Assembly (NCBI GenBank): GCA_964016885.1
Contig: OZ024756.1
Span: 7,564,001 to 7,628,000, forward strand
Direction: 5' to 3'
DNA: 64,000 bases
From: Eledone cirrhosa
Taxonomy: Eukaryota
The notes beneath the pieces are model-generated. The model had not been told where the DNA came from and made no database searches. It saw nothing but the letters and a program-made list of their open reading frames with translations. Shown in pieces: positions 1 to 19,463 of the stretch. The translations under genes and the position numbers were made by a program. Positions within the stretch are counted from its first letter, which is position 1; each line of letters opens with the position of its first letter.

Positions 1-17
1 AAATTAACGATTAATGG

Positions 18-200
18 TTTCTGATTTAGGCACAAGGCCAGCAATTTGGGAGAGAGGATAAAGTCGATTATATCGACCATAGTATTTAACTGCTACTTTC
101 TTTTATCTACCCTAGACGGATGAAAGGCAAAGTTGACCACAGCAGGATTTGAACTCAGAAAATAGAGTTCAAATTCTGCCGAGGCCATTCGCTCTTACGA
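18..200 (-). mobile_element. tRNA-derived SINE with Meta-type core (family A)
   Basis: Reverse strand reads ...ctgagttcaaatcc (B-box-like)...caactttgcctttcatcc...; ends in ...gctggccttgtgcctaa. The same sequence recurs at ~4695, 4920, 12315, 16885, 39345 and 39780. Confidence 0.75.
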
Positions 201-589
201 AAGATATATCCGTTACTAAGTGTCGTTTCCCCGCTCATATATTCAGATTTCGAAGGTTACTGAAACAGACAAACACAGAATATTTTATATTCCATGAAGA
301 CAATACAATACGTTGCAAAACCATGAAAAAAATCTATAAACAATGAAAGGTTCTTCTCATCAATTAGACGAGATGTCATCATGAAAGACAACGCCAAACC
401 CCTTGAAAAGTAACAAAAACTAGCAATGGTAGCAAGTAAAAAAATGATAACCTTCAACTATATAACAACAAACCACAACAGATACTGCGAGAAAACAATT
501 TTCATTTCCTACTCAGAAATCCATATAAAATATACAAGATGGAGATATTTTTGCACTGTAATTTGTGTTGGCATACATTATATTTTGTG

Positions 590-4015
<3,426 letters not shown>

Positions 4016-4236
4016 TATGTGACGAATGCGAAGGGTATTGTTTCAGAAAAAGACAGTTCTGTTAAAGATACATCGCTCTGCGAGTATTAAGCTTATTAAT
4101 AATGACTGTCATTCGGACACTATTTAACTCTCGTTAATTCTCGTTACTTTCTCGTCCAATTTACTTTCACATCTTCCAGTCTTGCCAGCTGCCGCCATTT
4201 TGCACACACAATAAAACACCCACTAATCAAAGAAAC

Positions 4237-4374
4237 AACTACTACTGCTACTACAGCAACAACAACAGAAATATATACAACAACTACTACTGCTATTACT
4301 ATTAATACTACTACCACTATTACCACCACCTCCAGTACTACTATTAATAGTACTACTATTACTAATACTATTAA

Positions 4375-4442
<68 letters not shown>

Positions 4443-4554
4443 TAATCACCACCTCCACTACTACTACCACTGTTACCACCTCCGCTACTACTACTACTAC
4501 TACTATCTCTACTACCACCACTAAATTAACTACTACTATTACCACCACCTCCAT

Positions 4555-4627
<73 letters not shown>
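4237..4627. repeat. (ACT)n / (ACC)n trinucleotide microsatellite
   Basis: tactactac runs; explains the poly-Val ORF 4144..4554. Confidence 0.95.
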
Positions 4628-4694
4628 GAGGTTCGGCCCTTCCGTACCTAGTTTTATTCTTCTTTATTTCTCTTCAACGTTTCAGATTTAGATT

Positions 4695-4890
4695 CAAGGC
4701 CAGCAATTTTAGGGGTGGGCAAAGTCGAGTAATTCGACCCCAGTGTGCTAATGATACTTTAGTTTATCGACCCTCTTAGGATGAAAGGCAAAGCTGATCT
4801 TGGAGGAATTTGAAATGATATGGTAAAGGGCCGTCGCTCTATGCCACGAAGTATGTTGTCCGACGCCCTACCGATACTACCAATCCACCG
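4695..4890 (-). mobile_element. SINE family A copy
   Basis: caaggccagcaattt...atcgaccc...ggatgaaaggcaaag...atttgaa. Confidence 0.7.
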
Positions 4891-4919
4891 CCCAGTAATC
4901 CTGATAAAGGTGAGGGGTT

Positions 4920-5063
4920 GTCACAATCGTTAGAGCGTTGAACAAAAGGCTTTGCAATATGTAGTTACGGCCCTTTACGTTCTGAGTTCAAATCCCACTG
5001 AGGTCAACTTTACTTTTCATCTTTCTGAGATCGATAACAAACTTCCATTCAGATCAATGTAAT

Positions 5064-5070
<7 letters not shown>
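4920..5070 (+). mobile_element. SINE family A copy (opposite orientation to the adjacent copy)
   Basis: ttacgttctgagttcaaatcccactgaggtcaactttacttttcatc...gatcgataa. Confidence 0.7.
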
Positions 5071-5148
<78 letters not shown>

Positions 5149-5239
5149 CTCCTCTTCAAATTGTTAAGCATGTACCTCGATAATAGTCCTGATAAAGTTA
5201 GACAAATTAACGTACGATCATTGGTTACCAGTGAAGTCA

Positions 5240-5350
5240 CATGACTTAATGCTTAGAGAGTTGCATCAGGAATCGTGAAGTTGTGAGTTCAATTCCTGGG
5301 CCGGGTGGTGCATCGTGTGCTTGAGCATGACGCTTTATTTTCACGTCGAT
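5240..5350 (+). mobile_element. tRNA-derived SINE family B (head)
   Basis: gtgagttcaattcctgg (B box)...gtgcttgagcatgacgctttattttcacgt; similar to 36985-37100 and 63805-63910. Confidence 0.55.
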
Positions 5351-5629
5351 CCTTCCGCCATGATTTGCGACTGGTAGACAATATCAGCAATTACAATGAC
5401 CAATGGAAACAGTGTTTCCTTGATCCGATATAACAAGATCAACCTCACTCTCTAGTTACCGCACTATAGTTGTATGTGCGTGTCTGTGTATGTATGATAT
5501 TCCCCTTTCGTCCTCCCACATTTCGGTCCTCCAAAACGAGGCAACAACTTATTAGAAATATACATAAAGAAATTTCAAACAAAGCAGATGTCAATCTAAT
5601 TTTGGTTGACGACTGAACAAATGTCCCTC

Positions 5630-5732
<103 letters not shown>

Positions 5733-5777
5733 AGTAAGTCAAACATGTTAAATTTAGCTTCGTTTATTATAAATTCT

Positions 5778-5830
5778 CTGCTATATATATTTCAGTGACA
5801 GCCATTATTGGCTGTGACCTCATCAGGCAG
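5778..5830 (-). ncRNA. Minimal type-I hammerhead ribozyme (PLE pLTR-type)
   Basis: Reverse strand: ctgc CTGATGA ggtcacagcc-aataat-ggctgtcact GAAA tatata TA gcag. Stem I ctgc/gcag; palindromic stem III region. Confidence 0.8.
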
Positions 5831-6209
5831 TACGAATTAATGTAGAAAAAACAGGTAAACAAGTTGTAATGTGTTCCACTCTGTCATTTCAACGATATGT
5901 CCAGCTCCTGGGTGTGTTGTTCGTCCTCCGAGGACTGGAATTATATGGGCTAGAACGCTCGTACCCCATTGGTCAGTTCTCATACCATTCCCCAGCCGAA
6001 AGTCTATATAAATTCTTCAGAGACAGGGCAGCCTGTTATAATTGTTTTTATCAGAATGCTTAAGTCCAGCTGACCTCCTTTACCGTGGGGGTAGTGGTGT
6101 TAAGAGGTCAGCCAGCAGGTCAACCAGGTCAACCAAGAGGTCAGCCAGAACGTTATATATATATAGAGAATGTCAATCATTGTAAGTTTGAATCTAACTA
6201 ACATGTAAT

Positions 6210-6263
<54 letters not shown>

Positions 6264-6417
6264 TAAGGTAGACCCATATCACAGTAGATTCAAATATCAC
6301 AGAGAGAGAGGAGGGGGAGAAATGAGGTGCAACAGAAATGGATTTCAGGTTAAAATATGGTCTAGATAGATGAGAAACAAAACGAGGATGTAGTTTATGG
6401 AATACCCAAATGATTTA

Positions 6418-6750
6418 GAAGTCAACCTTAAGTAGGAGCAATAACATTAAGAAAGACACGAACGACACCATATGATCTTGTTTTGGAAAACTTGAAAGTA
6501 GGGTTTTTAAGTATGAATTTTCAGTAAATCTTCGTTGATGTCTATGTGGCCAAGCGGTAGGTACTAGAGGTGGTGGAGATCCTGGTTTTGGATTCAATCC
6601 TGGTTAAGTGGTACATGTAATCTTTTTCGGTTTATATTTTACATCCCACTTTAAACCTACTTTCAAAACCTAGTTTGAAAATCAAAGTTTAAAAGATGTG
6701 CTGTCATTCATGGCTTTCTTAGAGCTATTATTGATATTTAGGGTCGACTT
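6418..6750. mobile_element. Diverged foldback/MITE-like element with a tRNA-like (A-box/B-box) centre
   Basis: Arms aagtcaacc...aagaaag...aaagtagg / cctacttt...ctttctt...ggtcgactt. Centre gtggccaagcggtag...ggattcaatcc is repeated at ~8558-8655. Confidence 0.45.
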
Positions 6751-7114
6751 GTCAATCTTCTGGCTCTTTCGTATAAACCTTATTATTTTTATGTGTTTAA
6801 CTGTTGAATTAATTTCATTTAATTTAATTACTTAAACAAACAAATAATATATATATATATCTACTATATAAATGGCAATTTCTGTGGATCTGTTGGCGCC
6901 TACACCAGTGATCCGATCCTGGCGAAACTCTACACACATGTTAAGCTAATATTGAGAAACAGGACTCTGGCTAATTGGATTTCAATAAATAATGGAACCC
7001 CTGGGGATATCTTTATAAGTGAGAGAGGGAAAGAGGAGATACTACTACTGTATCTTAAACCCTCCCTCCCACTACCCCTTCCTCCTCCCACTACTCAGTC
7101 TTTATATATATATA

Positions 7115-7447
7115 TAGAGAGAGAGAGAAAAATAGATGAAATGGAAAATGCAACTGGAGTCTTATTTTTTTTTAAATATATATATTTATTTGGTTCCTTT
7201 ACCGGTTTCGCAGTTCTTCTGCTTTTCAAAAGTAGAGTTGAGAAAAACCACAGACCCTCCATCTCAACTCTACTTTTGAAAAGCAGAAGAACTGCGAAAC
7301 CGGTAAAGGAACCAAATAATATATATATTTTTTTAAAAAATAAGACTCCAGTTGCATTTTCGATTTCATCTCTTTTTTTCTTTATACTTTCACTCGTGTA
7401 GGACACCTCGGTTATTTTTCATTTTGTAAAAAAAACCTCACTTTCTA
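7115..7447 (+). mobile_element. Foldback PLE terminal remnant (inverted arms ~7130-7243 / 7262-7378 plus 3' tail) in (TA)n
   Basis: Near-perfect inverted repeat with a one-sided ~65-nt tail; a second copy of the family lies at 19461-19741. Confidence 0.75.
7273..7308 (+). ncRNA. Hammerhead ribozyme, U3-A8 core variant
   Basis: ctt TTGAAAA gcag-aagaa-ctgc GAAA ccgg TA aag; mirror copy on the minus strand at ~7197-7232. Confidence 0.65.
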
Positions 7448-7451
7448 ATAT

Positions 7452-7534
<83 letters not shown>

Positions 7535-7538
<4 letters not shown>

Positions 7539-7975
7539 GACAAACATAGAATATTCGAAAATATTCTGTATGTTTATAATAAACATTTTGAAGACCCAAT
7601 CGCTATAGAATAGAATACGTCACGTATTACAATTTGAGATTCTCGATAAAAGCAAGGGAAGTAATCTACGCGTTTCATTCTTATTAGAAATCATCTTTCA
7701 AACCAGTTCCTGTACACAGCTAAGTATTCTATAAGTCTCTAGCTGTGTCGTTCTCGATAAAAGCATTGGATATGTAATCCTGATGATTTCTAATAAGAAT
7801 GAAACGCGTAGATTACTTCCCTTGCTTTTATCGAGAATCTCAAATTGTAATACGTGACGTATTCTATTCTATAGCGATTGGGTCTTCAAAATGTTTATTA
7901 TAAACATACAGAATATTTTCGAATATTCTATGTTTGTCTTCACATATATATCGCTATTTCAGAGCATTAAATCCA
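7535..7975 (+). mobile_element. Foldback PLE terminal remnant (arms ~7535-7695 / 7782-7942) in (TA)n
   Basis: ~160-bp essentially perfect inverted repeat containing a hammerhead, flanked by TA tracts. Confidence 0.75.
7774..7816 (+). ncRNA. Minimal type-I hammerhead ribozyme
   Basis: gtaatc CTGATGA t-ttct-aata-agaa-t GAAA cgcg TA gattac; 6-bp stem I and palindromic CGCG loop III. Confidence 0.9.
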
Positions 7976-9029
7976 AATATATATATATATATATATCACA
8001 TCCACTGATATGAATTCTGAACACGTGCACACGCTTAGGTCACATTAAGGCCAACTGCAGGAATCGGTGATAAGTTATAAAACAGTGTGATGTTCAATGA
8101 CCTGGAAGTTGGCCTACCATAAGATTAGTCCGAAGAATGAAACCCAAATCATATGTTGACGAATATTCGTACTCCCGGCATGTTAATTGTAACATGCCGT
8201 CTTTGAGAGTAGAGTTTATTTTGTCGATATTTCGAGGTGTTGGATCGTGGGAAGATTAACACAAATTAAGACGCAACTTCTCCCCCATTATTGACACTTT
8301 GCAACAGTGAACGTTACAAGGTCCTCTTTAGGGCCAACACTTCTGATTGTTTATCCGACTTATTATGATGTGTTTTCTCGAGTTATGCCTACTTATAGGG
8401 GGAAAACGGGAGCGTTTTATTGAATTGTTTCAGTCAATCGAAGGGCTTTACAAACAGTGATATACAAGGTTGCTTGAACAGTACCTGAATATGTTCACTC
8501 GGTTATAATGTCTTCAATAATTGCGATGATTTCATCAATTGTTCTGTGTTTGTCTCTGTGGCCTAGTGGTAGGTACTAGAGACGGTGGATAGCCTGGTCT
8601 TGGTTTCAATCCTGGTCAAAAGGTACATGTTTTCAGTTTATATTTTACATCCCTTAGAAAAAAATTGAAAAGGTTCACTGGGAAGCTTACTAGCAACTAG
8701 TATAATGAAAATTAATATAAAGTATAATATAAAGTATATTGAAAATTAATAATTATAAACCTACTTACAAAATCAAACTTCCCCGGCTTATTCACTCTGA
8801 ATGAAGAAAGCTGGTTGGAAGAAGGATTTATGATGTAAACAGCTATTGATAGTTCCACACAAAAAATTCATCTGCCGTAAACACACCTAGCAAAGGTTGC
8901 TATTGAAAATCCACAATGGGCACTGAGGGTCGCTACAATTTTCAGGCGCACACTGGGAACTGCGAATATCCCCACCTATCCCAGCTATTACCGGGTACTG
9001 CAGCTAGTATATATATCAAAATGGAGGCG

Positions 9030-9236
9030 GTAAAAACCAGTTAAACCATTAATCACCAGAGTACTCGATACTTGGGGTAGTAGAGTGGGTAATATGAAAA
9101 AATATTTAAAAATTCAGGGCTTCGACGGCTGAGCTCCGGCCGTTTCACAGCTAGATCAGAACTGTTCTGATCTAGCTGTGAAACGGTCGGCGCTCAGCCG
9201 TCGGGGTCCTGAACTTGCTGATATATTTTCATATTG
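9030..9236 (-). mobile_element. Foldback PLE terminal remnant, family C variant
   Basis: Palindrome centred near 9163 (tcacagctagatcagaac/gttctgatctagctgtga) with GAAAcgg...ccgTC hammerhead 3' half; tail gtactcgatacttggggtagtagagtgggtaata matches family C. Confidence 0.6.
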
Positions 9237-9270
9237 ATATATATATATATAGATATATATAAATTTAATG

Positions 9271-9302
<32 letters not shown>

Positions 9303-9305
<3 letters not shown>

Positions 9306-9511
9306 CGAGTAAGACCCCGACGGCTGAGCTCAAGCCGTTTCGACGGCTAATTCTGGACTAAAAAAAGGGTTTAGTCCAGAATTAGCCGTCGAAACGGCTT
9401 GAGCTCAGCCGTCGTGGTCTTACTCGTTCCTATTACCCACTCTACTACCCTAAGTATTGAGTACTTTGGTGCGTTATGGTCCACCTGGTTCCTTACCACA
9501 TTTCTTCAGTT
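9303..9511 (+). mobile_element. Foldback PLE terminal remnant, family C
   Basis: Arms 9303-9361 / 9371-9429 carrying GAAA cggcttgagctcagccg TC, then an ~80-nt tail into (TA)n. Other copies at 16383, 22404 and 40391. Confidence 0.7.
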
Positions 9512-9530
9512 ATATATATATATATATATA

Positions 9531-9970
9531 TAATAACAGGAGGCTGGACTGGTGTAAATCCTTGAAAAGTTTATTATACTATGATCATTTCAATGACCGG
9601 GTTCTGTATGAAGCCGATGATATCATCAGGTATTCGAAATATAACAAAGGAATATATAAAATCTATGGGTCCGAAATCAGAGACAGAGAGGACGACTGAC
9701 CAACTAGCTGCTTTCACCTCGGTAGCTGATATCACCGGATTCATACAGAACCCCGTCATTGAGATGATCATAGTATAATAAACCTTTCAAGGATTTACAC
9801 CAGTCCAGCCTCCTGTTATTTTATTTATAATAATTAACTCCGTATTAACACCACCAACTACACAAACGAAGACGGGTGAACTGCACCACGTTGAGTACTC
9901 TTCACAATATTACATCAAGATTTACCATACGGAATGACCAATTCTATCCAGTAGTAAAGCAACAAACCTA
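9531..9970 (+). mobile_element. Foldback PLE terminal remnant (arms ~9531-9625 / 9727-9820 plus tail)
   Basis: Inverted repeat (explains the mirror ORFs 9574/9581); contains a hammerhead; flanked by TA. Confidence 0.7.
9576..9633 (-). ncRNA. Type-I hammerhead ribozyme
   Basis: Reverse strand: atac CTGATGA tatcatcggcttcatacagaacccggtcatt GAAA tgatca TA gtat; palindromic TGATCA. Confidence 0.7.
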
Positions 9971-9997
9971 AATATATATATATATATATATATATAT

Positions 9998-10005
9998 AAA
10001 GGTTT

Positions 10006-10055
<50 letters not shown>

Positions 10056-10238
10056 GTGTTTTGCAACGGGTCACTTTGTGGCTCAATGAAGGTGTGCTTT
10101 CGGTTATTTGTCGGAGATCTCTTCATAGAAGTCTTTATTCTTATAGCTTGGTCTAATCGATTTTTTATATGGTTAATTATGCTAATTGGGAGAGGAAATG
10201 GTATATATTTTATCTGGTGATTCTATAGACATGTGTTA

Positions 10239-10242
<4 letters not shown>
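9998..10242 (+). repeat. Dispersed TA-embedded repeat (family D; probable PLE 3' end)
   Basis: aaaggtttac(TA)n tgtgttttgcaa...ggagaggaaatggtatatattttatctggtgattctatagacatgtgttatg; internally deleted copy at ~818-970 and rearranged copy at 47785-48065. Confidence 0.6.
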
Positions 10243-10290
<48 letters not shown>

Positions 10291-10372
10291 GTTATTCCGG
10301 GTTGAATCGGAGGTAACCACAGTAAGTAAGGTACTCAATACATAGCAGAGTCTAACAGTTTTAATATAGATG

Positions 10373-10423
10373 AGATTCTACAGGACTAGAACTGTTTCAT
10401 TCATTAGAAATCATCAGGAATCT
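10373..10423 (-). ncRNA. Type-I hammerhead ribozyme
   Basis: Reverse complement of the 11225-11275 motif. Confidence 0.85.
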
Positions 10424-11224
10424 GGGTATCAAAAAATAAATATGCTATTTATAGGTCTCTACAAGTGGTAGGAGAGGGTGGGGAGTTGGATGGGTGCAGG
10501 TCATTGGTTGATAGAAAAGGGAATTCATTAAAAGCTAATTCTACAAAGCTATAGTTAATTTTTATTTTTATTTATATTTATTTATGTTTTTAGAGTAACA
10601 AAGGCAGACAAAATTCTATAAACAGGTTCCGGATGGCATACCGTTCCTTGTCAATAAGTTTCTCTTAAGCTAACAGATGTCTATAAAATCAGTGGGGGGT
10701 CAGTCAAGCTCGATAGAATTAAAGAAGAGGGAGATTCTTTAAAAGCTAAAGTCATTAAGGTTCTACTAAGTGACAAAGGTCTAGGGAATTCTGCAGACAG
10801 ATTCAAAATACTGAGTGCATATCTTACTATTATCTTCGAACTTCTCTTAAACTAATCAACAATATGCCAAAATCAACAGACACATTCACAAAAAAACAAA
10901 AAAAACAAAAAAACAAAAAAACAGAAAAACAAAAAAACACACATAAAAAACAAAAAAACACACATACTCACTCACACACTTACGCGCAACCATAAACACA
11001 CACACAAACACATATACACACATAAAAACACACACACATATATAAAAAATATATAAATATATATAAATAAATATAAATAAAAATAAAAATTAACTATAGC
11101 TTTGTAGAATTAGCTTTTAAAGAATTCCCTTTTCTATCAACCAATGACCTGCACCCATCCAACTCCCCACCCTCTCCTACCACTTGTAGAGACCTATAAA
11201 TACCATATTTACTTTTTGATACCC

Positions 11225-11275
11225 AGATTCCTGATGATTTCTAATGAATGAAACAGTTCTAGTCCTGTAGAATCT
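11225..11275 (+). ncRNA. Type-I hammerhead ribozyme
   Basis: agattc CTGATGA t-ttc-taat-gaa-t GAAA cag-ttctagtc-ctg TA gaatct. Confidence 0.88.
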
Positions 11276-11287
11276 CATCTATATTAA

Positions 11288-11328
<41 letters not shown>

Positions 11329-11397
11329 CATTCCATTAAATTTTCATCTATCACTTCCCATGCAATATTTCTTTCTCTCTCTCTCTCTGTCCCTCTC

Positions 11398-11449
<52 letters not shown>

Positions 11450-11712
11450 ATTGTCTGATAGTTTAACGCTGTCTCTCTCATCCTTCCTTCTCTACCAGTT
11501 TCACTATATTTCTGTCCAGAGAACAGTATCATTCAAACAGTATCATTCAGGTTATAGCTATCTAGATTTATGGTTAACATACCATTATTTGATCCGAGGA
11601 CTGTAGAAGGAATCTCCTAGGACACAAGTAACCTGAGACTTATGCCAGAAGAACCAACTATTCTGGTTTCAGCATTATATTATCCCACCGATTGCCAGTA
11701 TTATTCTATCTG

Positions 11713-12314
<602 letters not shown>

Positions 12315-12508
12315 AGGGCGATGGATTGGCAGTATCGGTAGAGGGTCAACGCCTTGCTTTGACGCATAGAGTTACGGCCCTTGCCATTCTGAGTTCAAAT
12401 CCCACCGAGGTTAACTTTGCCTTTCATCCTTACGCGGTCGATAAAATAAAGTACCAGTAATGTACTGGTAATTTCTGGCCTTGTGACAATAGTAGAAACA
12501 AGTATTAT
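12315..12508 (+). mobile_element. SINE family A, near full length
   Basis: gggcgatggattggcagtatcggtagag (A box)...ctgagttcaaatcccaccgaggttaactttgcctttcatccttacgcggtcgataaaataaagtaccag...ctggccttgtg. Confidence 0.8.
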
Positions 12509-12630
12509 TCTCTCTGCTTATTTAAACTTCGTACATGCATCCGTATATACAAGCATACTCATATACACATTATCTCATGTTCACGCACACACACACAACA
12601 TGCATCTATATGTGTGTCAGTGTATGTGTT

Positions 12631-12668
<38 letters not shown>

Positions 12669-12866
12669 ATATATATATATATATCACATATCTATACAGA
12701 TATATATATACATATATGCACATATATACATATATATACATATATATATACTTATATATACACACACAGATATATATATATATACATATATATAAACACC
12801 CATATATATACATTAAAAGTCGTCCCACGGACAATGTGCTATATATATATATATGTGGGGTGGGGC

Positions 12867-12927
<61 letters not shown>

Positions 12928-13072
12928 TGCGTGTATATATATATATATATTTGTATATATATATATATATGTGTATATACATATATATATATGCTAGCAG
13001 GGAACGTGGATTTTAAGTGAAGATTTTGAACGAAAGAAACAGTTGGCGACCGGTAGGAGTCATTACTATATG

Positions 13073-13133
<61 letters not shown>

Positions 13134-13425
13134 TATACACTGTATTATCTTATTGGGTAACTTATTAAACCGTGGGTTACATCTGTTGCTTTTCAGGAAA
13201 CATTACATTTATAACTATATATATATATGTGTATGTCTGTGTGTGTGTGGGTGGGTGGGTGTGGGTGTTGGTGTGTGTGTGTGGGTGTGGGTGTGTGCGT
13301 GTGTGCGTGTGTGTGTGTGTGTCTGTGTGTGTGGTGTGTGTGTGTGTGTGTGTGTGTGTGTCATAAACATGTTACAACATCTTAGATGCTGAAAACATGA
13401 TCTGAAATGGTGTACATGATCTGGG

Positions 13426-13486
13426 AGAAGAAGAAGAAGAAGAAGAAGAAGAAGAAGAAGAAGAAGAAGAAGAAGAAGAAGAAGAA
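13426..13486. repeat. (GAA)n microsatellite
   Basis: Directly visible. Confidence 0.95.
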
Positions 13487-13963
13487 TGTATCCCAGTATA
13501 TTTAGTCGACCATGTTGTTGCATTTTCCTATTTCCATTACTAGTTTCACGTTTGTCATAATTTTACATATAATATTAAGTGGAGATATTTTTTTTACAAA
13601 ATGGCTAAGGTTACCTTTTATGGTTTCATAATTGTTACCAGAGTTTTTTGTGGGTTCCTTTTGTTTTTTATTCATGGTCATGAAAAATGGTGTTGGACAA
13701 GCTACACGGAAATATATCACAAATCAGAAGATCTATTTCCTTGACACAGTAATGCGTCATGGTACGGTATAGGATTGCTAATATAATAGGCTGTCGCTAT
13801 TTACATCTACCGGATCACGCTCTCCCTTCCGATGACTGTTCGATATAAGCTGAGCATGATATCTTCACTGATGATATATCGTCGTTATCGTTCTAGAAGC
13901 AGTTTATATATATATTTCATTCTACGATATTACAATATTCAATGTAATCCTGTTAGTGTAAAT

Positions 13964-15856
<1,893 letters not shown>

Positions 15857-16126
15857 TGTATGTTTACATAGATATAATACACTATTACTTATGTATAATA
15901 TATCTACTGGAGCTAATGGGGTTGTGGGCTAGATCAGATATTCTGCAGCATTCATATATTTTCCAGAAAAAACTACCAGTTACACACAACAAAAATAACT
16001 GAAGGAAACCTTTGCCAACAACCAATACCATTTTTATAGAAAGTAAATCAAAAGATATATCTATACGCATGCATGTGTAAGTGTATTTATATATGCGTGT
16101 GTGTGTGTGTATGCATATATAAATAT

Positions 16127-16288
16127 GTTATTCCGGGTTGAATCGGAGGTAACCACAGTAAGTAAAGTACTCAATACATTGCAGAGTATAAAAGTTTTAA
16201 TATAGCAGATCTTCTACAGGACTAGAACTGTCTCATTCGTGAGATGATGATTTCTAACGAATGAAAATGTTCTAGTCATGTAGAAGCT

Positions 16289-16292
<4 letters not shown>
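16127..16292 (-). mobile_element. Short foldback copy of family E with degenerate hammerhead
   Basis: gttattccgggttgaatcggaggtaaccacagtaagtaaagtactcaata is near-identical to 10291; followed by gatgatga tttctaacgaat gaaa atgttctagtcatg ta. Confidence 0.7.
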
Positions 16293-16335
<43 letters not shown>

Positions 16336-16339
16336 GCTC

Positions 16340-16384
<45 letters not shown>

Positions 16385-16641
16385 AACGAGTAGGACCCCG
16401 ACGGCTGAGCTCAAGCCGTTTCGAAGGATATATATATACGCATGCCTGTTTGAGTGTATGTGTATATAGCTATGGGTCAGTGTGTGTATTAAGTTTATTT
16501 ATTACATTTTCCGTGGTTTCGTTTCAATCTGGCTAAAGGGCGAGAATGGAAGTTAACACTTAAAATCAACTACGATTAAGAACCTGATTTATCTGCTCTT
16601 GAAAGATATTTTTGCAATATCACAAACGCTATTATATACTA

Positions 16642-17925
<1,284 letters not shown>

Positions 17926-17967
17926 TTATATAGTATTATATACGCTATTACATACAGCACTAATCAC

Positions 17968-18637
<670 letters not shown>

Positions 18638-18640
18638 TAA

Positions 18641-18760
18641 CCAACTCACGGGAGACGCATTAGAGAAAGATCTGCTCGAACCTTCATAGAACGACTCTAA
18701 GACGATACAAATCTCAGTAAGAAACAGTTGCAAGCAGCAATGAAAAATAGAGAATTGTGT
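18641..18760 (+). pseudogene. Decayed C-terminus of a LINE (RTE-like) ORF2
   Basis: Translates as PTHGRRIRERSARTFIERL*DDTNLSKKQLQAAMKNREL, resembling the RTE-type C-terminal pattern P.HG....GRP..TY...L..DT......L..AM.DR..W. Confidence 0.55.
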
Positions 18761-19284
18761 ACAGACTTTGTTAAGAATGTTCGATAGTTGTCCCACTAAT
18801 GATCTTCTCATCACTAAATATTCTCACCCAAGCACACACATGAGAGCAATCATAAGTTTTCAAATCAATGCAATACATACGCCTTATATGACATCTCCGC
18901 TCTGATAATAAAGTTTCATTCGGCAAATGTAAGCTGTCTCGTCAAGAAGTAATAGAGTAGAATACTTTTGAATTGGAACCAACAATTTATAGTAGAAGGT
19001 AATTTGTTTTATATTACAGCTACCAATAGTTTGGCGACAGTTCAAGAGGTCCTTCAGATTAGACAGAACATAATATTAAGGCCAAAATGGTGCTTCAGTA
19101 AAACTATTGTTTTGATGGTCAACAAGACAAATTGAGTTTGATTTGGAACAATTTCAAAATGCAGTTGACGGCGTTTCAAGAGAATCTCCAACAATTGATT
19201 TCATTAAGATAAAATTTCAATTTTCTCGTAAAGATTTTTTTTCAAGGTACTTCCGATGCCTTTTTCATCTTTAAGTTTCATATA

Positions 19285-19387
<103 letters not shown>

Positions 19388-19423
19388 AATGAATAATAAC
19401 AGGTAGACATCATAAAAAGGTAC

Positions 19424-19460
<37 letters not shown>

Positions 19461-19463
<3 letters not shown>

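Larger units (their letters stand above)
6860..9008 (+). mobile_element. Probable non-autonomous Helitron with nested insertions
   Basis: 5' TCTACTATATAAATGG...; 3' ccagctattaccgggtactgcagCTAGt. Pairing of these two ends is inferred. Confidence 0.4.
10291..11292 (-). mobile_element. Foldback PLE terminal remnant, family E (tail 10291-10356; arms ~10357-10584 / 11054-11291)
   Basis: ~230-bp inverted arms, each with an intact hammerhead; TA tracts on both sides; shorter copy at 16127-16290. Confidence 0.8.

Noticed and set aside
8026-8060. CTRLGHIKANC zinc-knuckle-like peptide
   Set aside because: First Cys of CX2CX4HX4C is missing and no supporting gag ORF is present.
6952-9778. Mirror-image ORF pairs (6952/7095 and 9574/9581)
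   Set aside because: By-products of inverted repeats, not genes.
13869-13900. CTGATGA core
   Set aside because: No stem II or GAAA downstream.
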